Positions 36,591 through 46,452 of a stretch of 46,452 bases of DNA are shown one piece after another; position 1 is the stretch's first letter; each line of letters opens with the position of its first letter. Below the pieces are notes generated by a model. It searched no databases. It saw only the letters and a list, made by a program, of their open reading frames with translations, and was not told where the DNA came from. The stretch is from the NCBI RefSeq assembly GCF_006345805.1, contig NW_021834609.1, positions 1 through 46,452 on the forward strand, in the 5' to 3' direction. This DNA is from Octopus sinensis. Taxonomy: Eukaryota. Position numbers and translations under genes: made by a program.

Positions 36591-37021
36591 ACGTACATGC
36601 ATACACACAAGCAGATGTAGAGTTTGAAAATTTAAGTTATATAGAAAAAGCGGTCATTTGTTGAGTCATCCTCATTAAAATATTTTTTGTATAATTTTAC
36701 CAAATCTTCCGTGTAACCTTTTCATGCAATTAGTGTGTTATTGGTTCACTTAAGTAGGTTTAAGGTTTAATGAAGTGACAGCAGATTCGCCGCAAAATGT
36801 TAAGGTTTTTGAGTAAATCCGTTTAAAATTAACTTGAACATTATATCTGTGAGTAAAACGCAAATTTTGCGTTTTTGAAAGCAAATGAAAGAAATTTGAG
36901 ATTTTGTCTACAGTTCTATGGTTATCTATGAACCATGACTATATTTCTTGTACGTGTATTCCCTCCGCCCTCTCTCCCTCTCTCTCATGCGCGCACACAC
37001 ACACATATACACTCACACACA

Positions 37022-37061
<40 letters not shown>

Positions 37062-37802
37062 ACATCTGGACCTGCAAACTTCTAAGAACCAAAGCATTAG
37101 AGAGAATGAAAGACAGATACATAGAAAGAGGGTGTTTCAGGAAAGGGAGTGTGTGTAAGTGCGTGCGTGTACGTGTGTGCATTACAGAGAGAGTGGGGAG
37201 AAAGTGTGTGTGTGTAACAGAGAAAGACGGTAAGAAAGGGAGAAAGAGAGAAGAATGGTATAAAAGTGGGTGGGGTCAAACAAATCAATCAATTATATAT
37301 GACAGATGGTCGGATAGAGATGAAAGGCCAGGTTTTCGGTAGCACCGGAAGTAGCTGAATAGAGTAACATTTGTTCGTGTTCAACTGTTCCACAGTCAAC
37401 TTTCACAGTGAAAATAAACTAAAAATGGCCCTGAATATATTCCCTAGGTCTTTAATACTTTGTTTTAGCAATCACGGTAAAAGGCCAAGACAGGGTAGCA
37501 CTTTTCAGAGTTCAATGCTGTTCTTTCTGATTTCTGGCGTATTTGTGTCGGTCCTGTTACAGGATTTTCGGTGTAGGAGCCATCGCTAATTGGTAAATAT
37601 TTAAAGACTAACAGAGGCTGTACTGCTTTCGGCGTAGCATTTTACATATGTCTGACCTGGTGGTACTGAAAGAACTGCATCTAGGTTTCTTTAGATCACT
37701 GAAATAAAATTTTGGTAATGTTACACAGACATGCAAGAAACCAGTTGTCTTATTTTAGGCTATTAAACAGTAATCTGATAACTCTCTCTCTATCTCTCAC
37801 AT

Positions 37803-37850
<48 letters not shown>

Positions 37851-37852
<2 letters not shown>

Positions 37853-37963
37853 TGGCTATCAACTCTTAGACGAATATGACCATCACTGATAAATTATCTT
37901 ATCCTAGATGTTAAAGGCAATTTATCAGTGATGGTCATACTCGTCTAAGAGTTGATAGCCACC
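37851..37963. repeat. Hairpin with 45-bp arms (1 mismatch) between (CA)n and (TG)n
   Basis: GGTGGCTATCAACTCTTAGACGAATATGACCATCACTGATAAATT / AATTTATCAGTGATGGTCATACTCGTCTAAGAGTTGATAGCCACC; 23-nt spacer. Confidence 0.95.
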
Positions 37964-38145
37964 GTGTGTGTGCGTGTGCGTCCGTGTTTACGTTAGGAAT
38001 CCAATCCACACGCATGCATATAAATGCATGTATGTGTACATGTATGTACGCAGATATCTTTGTATGCATATATGTACGTATGTATGCATGCATGAATATA
38101 TGTATGTATGCAGTGTGTATGTATGAATGTATGTATGCAGTATAT

Positions 38146-38526
38146 GGAAGCACTCCGTCGGTTACGACGACGAGGGTTCCGGTTGATCCGATCAACGGAA
38201 CAGCCTGCTCGTGAAATTAACGTGTAAGTGGCTGAGCACTCCACAGACACGTGCACCCTTAACGTAGTTCTCGGGGATATTCAGCGTGACACAGAGAGTG
38301 ACAAGGCCGGCCCTTTGAAATACAAGTACAACAGAAACAGGAAGTAAGAGTGAGAGAAAGTTGTGGTGAAAGAGTACAGCAGGGATCACCACCATCCCTG
38401 CCGGAGCCTCGTAGAGCTTTAGGTGTTTTCGCTCAATAAATACTCACAACACCCGGTCTGGGAATCGAAACCGCGATCCTATGACCGCGAGTCCGCTGCC
38501 CTAACCACTGGGCCATTGCGCCTCCT
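38146..38526 (-). mobile_element. SINE family C, full length, 10-bp TSD
   Basis: Complete copy; TGCAGTATAT at 38136-38145 and 38527-38536. Confidence 0.93.
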
Positions 38527-39260
38527 TGCAGTATATATGTATGTACGTATGTATTATTCATGTAAGCATGAATGCATGTGTGTCTACAATATCCAGGTCA
38601 CTCTTAATGCAAACTGTTATGTTCAGGACGTTGGTGACTAAAGAGCCAAACCTGCCAGGGTTTCTTCTGAAGAGGGTTTATTTTCCATGAACACTCTGCA
38701 GGATGAAAAACAAGCTGTTAAAGGACGGATGAACTCAATAGAGACAACGATCATAGCTGGGAGTGAGAAACTATTCGAAAAGTTAAAAGAGTGTCAGAAA
38801 GCTGACCACCTCATATAACAGGTGCTTCCATTTCATTGAGTTTCTGAAAGATGACCGCCTAATAAACCAGGTGCTTTCATTTCGCCATGAAAGGAAGTGA
38901 TAGCTTTTCACATTTATCAGTTATACAAGAGCATTTCTAGTGACAGTATTGAACCCTTTGGTCGGATCTATACGGACCGTATGTAGATAATGATTTTCCT
39001 CACGAACACCTCTTAGCAATATGAGGAAGTGTAACGATCTTCTTAATGGTACCGCGACCCTTCTCAGAAACCACTTTGTAATTTTAGACAGATGCCATTA
39101 AAAATATGCTTGATTAACCAGCTGAAAATTATCTCGACAGGGTTTTTCCTGCAATACATACAAGAGAGATGCTTCGGAAGTTAGCGTGCGCATCACTTTC
39201 CTTCTTTGCCGTATTGCAATTCAGACCCATGTACTCTACATGACTTTGTACATACATATA

Positions 39261-39540
39261 CATAGGTCGCATGGGTTTGTGGTTAGGGAGTTGCACTCTC
39301 GTTCTTGCGATCGTGATTTCAGTTCCTAGATCGGATGGTACGTTGTATTCTTGAGCATCATCTCACCTTGTTCTGCGATCACTTCGACACCTGAAGTGTG
39401 GTACACAGTGCACCTGTTCAGACGACTTGGATTTTGATAGAGGGGATGAGCTAATATGCAGCACGGTCATTTGATCGCTATAAACAAATCATCTGTGGAG
39501 GTCGTTTCGCAAAAGCTGAGCGCTCATATGTCGTATTCAT
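39261..39540 (+). mobile_element. SINE family E (tRNA-like head plus CORE-like segment)
   Basis: GTCGCATGGGTTTGTGGTTAGGGAGTTGCACTCTC...GATTTCAGTTCC..., then a CTTGAGCA CORE-like stretch. Confidence 0.55.
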
Positions 39541-39769
39541 GAAACATAGATCATACATACATTACATACATACAGTAATATATACATATACATACAACAT
39601 ACGCAAATCGACACCGTTAATACGTACTAATACACACACACACACACATACATAGGTATATATGTAGATATATGTACATACAAACATATATATACATACA
39701 TATACATATATGTTAAATATAATATACATATATTCCTACATTTAGCGTATGTATATACTCATATATTTA

Positions 39770-39880
<111 letters not shown>

Positions 39881-39911
39881 TTTAATATTACGCATGGGAG
39901 TTGAAACAGTG

Positions 39912-39945
39912 TCTTTAACGTTTCGAGCCTACGCTCTTCAACACG
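39912..39945 (-). ncRNA. Decayed hammerhead-like motif
   Basis: Minus RNA: GUGUUGA-A-GAGC-GUAG-GCUC-GAAAC-GUU. Helix II is perfect and helix III palindromic, but the core has C3G and A6U substitutions. Confidence 0.35.
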
Positions 39946-40606
39946 AAGGAACATAGAAAGAAACAAGGAGACAAACAAGGAGAGAAAAAAATGCGTGTAG
40001 TGGCTAGCAATCTGTCATGGTGAATGCCGGACAGAAGGGTCACATACATATATATATATGCATGTATGTATAGAGGATATATATTTATATGCATATATAA
40101 ATGTGTATACACATATAACATAGATATATGTCGTATGTTTCTGCGCACGCACGTGTGCTGGTTTTTGCTTTGACATGTGCATTTGTATACACGTACGTGT
40201 GAGTAGCTGTCAGTCACCAAGAAATTTAATACGTAACGTTCTAGAAGTCAAGCTTCAGTTATTCTTATTTCATTTCATCTTGTTTTTTTATTATTATTAT
40301 CCTTCCAACTCCCTTCACAAGACAGTACCAATCCACTTCTTCCTTTCAGAATAATATTACTTCTTCGACCAGTGGACTCTTTCACTACTGCTGTTCATAT
40401 TCCTGACTTCATCAGCGCATACATATGCAAAGCGTGTGTGTGTATTACATGTTTTGTGTATACATTTGTATATATATGCATCTATCTGTCTATCTATCTA
40501 TATATATATATTTATATGGAGAGTTTACGAAAAAAACAAAAGACGAAGACAGGTGGTGTACAAGGCAAACAGATGTATTAGTATAACTCTCAGAAATAGA
40601 ACAAGT

Positions 40607-40654
<48 letters not shown>

Positions 40655-40687
40655 AGAGAGAGAGAGAGAGCAAGCAGATAGATAGAT

Positions 40688-40725
<38 letters not shown>

Positions 40726-40853
40726 AGATAGAAGATAGATAGATAGATACACAAATATAAGTACTAAACAACAGACGAACTCTATTGTCGTAGTGATAAA
40801 GTTTACATATACATACATACGATTGTAATTGCAAATATAGAAATATAAGTAGT

Positions 40854-40899
<46 letters not shown>

Positions 40900-41348
40900 C
40901 GCATGCACACAGACATATATACTCACTCTCTCACACACACACAGCACACACACACACATACGCACGTGCGCGCATATACTTGTAAACTTACATACAGACA
41001 GAATGAGAGCGGATGAAAGAAAATGTGACAATGATGACGTCAACCTCGGTAACGGCAATAGCAAAGCCCTAAAGAATAGGCATTCACTGGGGCAAGATGC
41101 GACCTGAATTTCAAAATTCTGCCATCAAGAAGAGTTTCCTCTCTCCATGCGTCTTTGGTAACAATAATCCCTGCAAACAAACAAAGGTTTTACTATTTTT
41201 AGGCGTCACCATTAAAATAAAATGTTCAGCCCTTTTCTTTTTACTGCGCAATTTCTCGATTTCCGTTTGTCTCCAGTGTATAAGCCTCACTCCTTCACTA
41301 CTTCCGTTCTCTGCAGTATGTTTTTCAGAATCTCAAGTTCACAGTCCC

Positions 41349-41360
41349 TCTATCTATCTG

Positions 41361-41441
<81 letters not shown>
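41349..41441. repeat. (TCTA)n microsatellite
   Basis: Direct reading; further GATA/TCTA arrays at 40678-40747, 42133-42272 and 44358-44486. Confidence 0.95.
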
Positions 41442-41442
<1 letters not shown>

Positions 41443-42130
41443 CTTCTGTGTGTCTGCCATTCTTTTTCATCTTTCTCACGCACACGTTCTTTCTGTATTA
41501 TGCGTTTCTGTATCTTAAAATAAATCTCACCAATATCGTATACATGTATTCATGCATCCATACAAACACACACACACACAAACACACACAAGCACATGCA
41601 CACACATACACAAAAACATACACATACATGTACATACATTCGTTTGCAATTTTGCATTTATGTAAGTGTATGTAAGTCTCGGTGCGTATAAAACTCTATT
41701 CACATATACATACATACACACAAACACACACGTATGTATTGCTTCAATCATTGAACTTGTTTCGACAATCACGATCACAATCACACAAACACTGGTACAC
41801 ATACATATATATTCACACATAAAACATTCACATACACACATTTGCTCACATAGACGCAATGTAGTGGGACTGAACCCGAAATCACTCGATTACAAAGCCT
41901 GGGCTTTCAGTACTTTGACCAATTGAATTACTACCAAAATGTCTGACCGTTCACTCTCGTGCGTGTATTTTTAACGTGATTCTCGTGTAGTCAATGTGAC
42001 TTTTTTTGACATGGCCTTATTTCTTCAAGTTATAGGTAACCCGGGATTCTAAAAATTTCATTTTGGTCCAATACTGCCCCTATTCAAAGTTCCTGCGATG
42101 CTAAGTTCAAACGGATTCAGCCACACTGCA

Positions 42131-42204
<74 letters not shown>

Positions 42205-42741
42205 ACTATCTATCTATCTATCTATCTACTATCTATCTATCTATCATCTATCTATCTATCTATCTATCTATATCTCTCGCTATATATATATATATATATA
42301 TATACACACAACTGCATATTTATGGATGCGCAAGAATATATATCTATATCTATACAGCTACTTGTGGATGTACAAGTCCATCCATGGATGTCTGTGTGTA
42401 AACCTATGGGTAACCATAGATGTGCGCAGTGACGCGGCAAGATAAATATGCACATGAACTGATATACACACCATCCTCCTAGATTCTAGCTAGTCTCCAT
42501 GACCACCCCTTTTTGTTATCTGATAAACTCTATATACCGTAACGATTTAATCATTTTCACTCACGTAAGAGTATATATTTATATAGATATACAAAAATTG
42601 TATAGTAATATATGTGTGTGTGTGTATGTATATGAAAATGTATATTATAACATAATATAAATTAGATATAGCCCACCAATCTATGCGTGTTGCATAACTT
42701 AATTTAATAGTGGCTATATATTCCTAACCGCTTGTGAAATA

Positions 42742-43835
42742 TTAGGTTGTTTCACATGAAATGTGGTATTTGAAAGGTAACAATAAAATGTTTCAGAAGT
42801 GTTAGGGAATTGATTTATTTAATCAAAATATGATCCATGTTCATTTATGACGTTTGCCCAACGTTCCTCTCTGTCATATATTCTATCTTTAAATAAAAAT
42901 AAAATCATCTATTGCTGTGATAAACTGTCCGAATGCTTCAATTATCTCTTCTCTATTTAAGAATGTTTTATCGATTATGAAAAGCTCAAAATGCTTACAT
43001 AAATGATGATCAGTAGGAGAGATATCAGGGGAATAGAGATGATGTTGCGAATTCTCATAATTCAGGCTTTGCAACTTTTCGACCGTAGCTTGAGGAGTAT
43101 GAGGACGTGCATTATCGTGGTGCAAGATTGGACCAGCTCTATTTACTAGTCTGGGTTGCTTCTTTTTCAAATTTCCATGCATGCAATCAATTTCCTGGCA
43201 ATACAATGTTGCTGTTACCCTTTTTCCTTGTTGCAAAAGTGAATAATGAATAATTCACTCGGCAGACCACCATACACTGACCACTAAATTTTTAGGATGC
43301 GATAGTGGGTTTGGTAGTGTTTAGGTGACTCTCCTGCACCTAATCACTGTCCTGTTCTCCTACTGGTGTCAAAGAGTATCCATTTCTCATCACAAGTAAT
43401 GATTTGATGCAAAAATGGTCTTTTTCCAGTTGAGAAAGCAATAAGGAGCACACTTTGAGGGGACTTTTTTTTATCTAATGTCGTTCAGTTGATGTGGAAC
43501 AAACCTATCCGTTTTCTTGACTTTTCCAATTTTTTACAGGTGTCGAAAAACAGTTGCGCGAGATGTTAGGAGTTCTGAGGAAAGTTTTCGAACCATTGTT
43601 CTCGGATTTTGTTCAATCAAAGCATTTAATCCATTATGACGAATTAGAGATTTTGGCATACCCCTTGGTTTATATTCAAGGCTATCATCTCCTGAACAAG
43701 AGCTTTGGAACCATCTCTGAACAGTTCTGATGTCCAGCAAAACTAATAACCAAGGCCCGCTTGATATTCCGTAGAGCTTCTGCAGCAGAGTGACCCAGTT
43801 TGTACTCACACGAGAAAATCACTCAACATAGCTTT
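42742..43835 (-). mobile_element. Near-complete degenerate mariner transposon
   Basis: TA|TTAGGTTGTTTCACATGAAATG TIR at 42742; minus frames give HSAAEALRNI...RTVQRWFQ...GKVKKTDRFVPHQL...IITCDEKWILFD...HHDNARPH...YSPDISPTDHHL. Multiple stops; 5' TIR not seen. Confidence 0.9.
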
Positions 43836-44042
43836 GTTGTTATTATTTTTATAAGGTCTGTGTGTACGATTTTTGTATACCAATATTGTTGGGAAAGGAA
43901 AAAAGTCAATATTAAATGCAAGGTGTACATAATTTTGAAATGACTCTGAAATAACAAGTAATTAAACATGCGACATTTCATGAGAAACAATCTAAATACA
44001 TGCATACATACATACCTACATCCATACATGAACACACACACT

Positions 44043-44094
<52 letters not shown>

Positions 44095-44172
44095 GATATA
44101 TATATATGTATATATACACATATATGTATATATGTATGTATATATTAATATTAATATTTAGCATTAGCAACA

Positions 44173-44213
44173 AAGTCACTCGAGAGTTTCGTGGGTTGCC
44201 ACTTACCAAACTT
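44173..44213 (-). ncRNA. Fossil hammerhead scaffold
   Basis: Minus RNA: AAGU-UUGGUAA-GUGG-CAAC-CCAC-GAAA-CUC-UC-GAG-U-G-ACUU. All three helices are in exact register; the core differs from CUGANGA by transitions only. Confidence 0.4.
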
Positions 44214-44303
44214 GCTATAAGTCGAAGAGCAGTGGCTTTATATAGCTGGTTATATATGTGTGTGAGTGTAAATATTGAATAAAATTTATCAATAATATAA
44301 TAC

Positions 44304-44336
<33 letters not shown>

Positions 44337-44387
44337 TATATATACATATATATATAGAGAGATAGATAGATAGATAGACAGACAGAG

Positions 44388-44487
<100 letters not shown>

Positions 44488-44489
44488 CA

Positions 44490-45591
44490 AATGTTATATT
44501 TAATAGAAATTTAATTATCAATGTACTTTCCTTCATTATCTATGACTTCTTTCCATTTTCAACCCTTTTAATCCCATCAATGTGAAACTCTTTTGGTTTC
44601 CAAGCGAAGAACTCTGAAATGTCAGTTTCGACCTCCTCCTGGCTTGCGAAATTTATGTCCCCCAAATGATTCTGTAAACTACGAAACAAATGTTAGTCTG
44701 AAGGAACAAGGTCACGAGAATAAGGTGGAAGAGGAATTTTTTCCTAACCAAGCTCTTCGATCTTCTGGGATGTGATCTTTGCAGTGTGGGGTCGCGCATT
44801 GTCCTGATGAAACATCACTCATTTTTTATTCACTAAAGCGGGTCTTTTTTTCTTCAAACCTTGGTTCAAACGCTCTAATTGTTGACAGTAGACTTGAGCA
44901 TTGATTGCTCAAGTCTACCAAATGTTGTAACAATTCAAAGTGAAATATTCATTTGCAATCCCACCAGATAGTGAGAAGAACCTTTTTCCAAAGAAGTTCC
45001 CTTCTCGGTTGTGGTTGAGCCTTTTTCCTTTTACGACGTTTAACATTTCGATAGAAGATTCATTTTCCGTCACCAGTCACAAGTCTATCCAAAAAGAGTG
45101 AAATGAGTTCCATGTTGTTGAAGATGACGATGAATAGTTGTATGGTTTGAACTAAGCTATATTGGCAATTCTTCAACTGATAATGCGGGATTTTCTTCAA
45201 GTAACCAAACTCAACTGGACGTCCTGTTCGATCCTCATCTTCAAGGCTGAAATCTCGACTTCTGAATTTTGCAAACTATCTTCTGGGTGTTCTTTCATTC
45301 AAGCATTCTTTCCCATTAACTGAGTGTATATTTCGAGTCGCTTCGGCTGCAGAGTTTCCTTTTTTGTACTCATAAAGCATTATGTGCCTTAAATGCTCTT
45401 TGGATACTTCCATGTTAGAAAGGGTTTTAATCAAAGAAATTTTAATTGTATTATCGTGTAAAATAATATTTAATTAGTTTAAATGTACACAAATGCATAA
45501 AAATATTTTTTAATTCCATTAGACATTCTAAAATACTAATAAATTTCTTTCAGTTTTAAAAAAGGTAAAATGGGACAGAACATATGACCTG
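44490..45591 (-). mobile_element. Degenerate mariner transposon (second family); pseudogene CDS ~45413 to 44511
   Basis: TA|TCAGGTCATATGTTCTGTCCC 5' TIR; MEVSKEHLRHIMLYEYKKGNSAAEATRNI...FSLEDEDRTGRPVEF...VLLTIWWDCK...HQDNARPHTAKITSQKIEELG...PYSRDLVPSD*HLFRSLQNHL...EGKYIDN*. The 3' TIR is replaced by (GATA)n. Confidence 0.9.
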
Positions 45592-46004
45592 ATATTTGCG
45601 AATTTTGCTGAACAGAAGAAACAAGATATCATCTCTCTTTTGTCACTTAACAGTATTGTTTTTGTAGATAATTCCAGAAAAATTGCCGGATTTCATAAAT
45701 CTGATTAACCATTTGAAAAAACTATAAGTTTAACATATCCAAGGATTTAGAAACAAAACGAAAATATTCTCTACTACAAAGGAGCAGAACCTGCGGGCTG
45801 TATCTATATTTTTGTTTGTGGCTCGATGCCTCATGCCACCTGACCGCCCTCCACCGTTCACTCAACCAGCCGTCTCGAACTAACAATATTTAATCGCCAC
45901 GAAGTGGAATGATTGAACTTATGTGAGGAGCTACAGGAAGAACGTTTCAACTACCTCACATCGTGTATATATGTGCATGTGTAAACGTGTCTGTGTTCGT
46001 GAAT

Positions 46005-46166
46005 GTATGGCGTGGATGTATGGTAAGAAGCTTGCTTCCCAACCACATGTTCCTAGGTTCAGTCCCACTGCGCGGTACCTTGGACATGTGTCTTCTATTA
46101 TAGCCACGGCCGACCAAGCCTTGTGAGTAGATTCGGTAGGCGGAAACTGAAAGAAGCTCGTCGTGT
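46005..46166 (+). mobile_element. SINE family A 5' half
   Basis: GTATGGTAAGAAGCTTGCTTCCCAACCACATG...GGAAACTGAAAGAAGCTCGTCG. Confidence 0.88.
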
Positions 46167-46172
46167 ATATAT

Positions 46173-46220
<48 letters not shown>

Positions 46221-46243
46221 TATATATAGATATATATATATAC

Positions 46244-46452
46244 GCATGGTGCCAAAGATTCCAACATCACCATCAAATACAGGTCCAGATACTGCAATAG
46301 CTTGGGTTTCAGAGGACCACAGCTCTTTAACATCCTCCTAAATGCCTGAGAGATTTACATGGTGTGGATGTGGGTTTCTTTAAGCTAAACTGGATCTCTT
46401 CTTGTCGGGTGTCCCAGATGAACCTACCTCACGATAGGAGACGCAGATACGG
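46244..46452 (+). mobile_element. CR1/Jockey-type LINE ORF2 C-terminal fragment (runs off window end)
   Basis: MVPKIPTSP..KYRSRYCNSLGFRGPQLFNIL.KCLRDLHGVDVGFFK..LDLFLSGVPDEP, with frameshifts; GP.LFN.LP...FK..LD..L..VPD is a common LINE C-terminal signature. Confidence 0.75.

Noticed and set aside
36855-36875. Perfect 21-bp palindrome AAAACGCAAATTTTGCGTTTT
   Set aside because: Short, AT-rich and isolated; a prokaryote-style terminator or operator reading is not relevant here.
99-38641. Recurring ORFs such as MRNWYLFNRPRKDERQSRPRRNLNSER, MSGFGRRKLK, MVVIPAVLFHHNFL
   Set aside because: These are SINE A/B/C sequences read in open frames; the recurrence reflects the repeat, not a gene family.
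38640-38820. Open frame ...TLQDEKQAVKGRMNSIETTIIAGSEKLFEKLKECQK..., coiled-coil-like
   Set aside because: Bounded by stops, no convincing splice-site pair keeping the frame open, and no recognisable family.

Overview
Eukaryotic, extremely microsatellite-rich DNA. The SINE types and repeat landscape point to a coleoid cephalopod, most likely Octopus; this is pattern recognition, not a database result. I can support no intact host protein-coding gene, so the window reads as intergenic or as part of a very large intron. Nearly all ORFs in the track are translations of (TA)n/(CA)n/(TATG)n/(GATA)n/(TAA)n arrays or of SINEs. The recognisable content is: (i) about 35 SINE copies or fragments from five families, here labelled A-E; (ii) degenerate DNA transposons (three mariners, four Tc1-type pieces, a DUF4817-type Tc1/mariner 5' end, a Tc2/pogo-like TIR element, a hAT-like end); (iii) non-LTR retrotransposon fragments (two restriction-like-endonuclease R4/Dong-type, two RTE, one CR1/Jockey-type, one possible Tx1/L1); (iv) five long fold-back inverted repeats at microsatellite edges. 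The most interesting signal is a set of type I hammerhead-ribozyme-like motifs. One has a complete core and three helices (12882-12942, minus strand) inside an inverted duplication, and several others are decayed. This suggests Penelope-like or retrozyme-like mobile RNAs associated with microsatellites.
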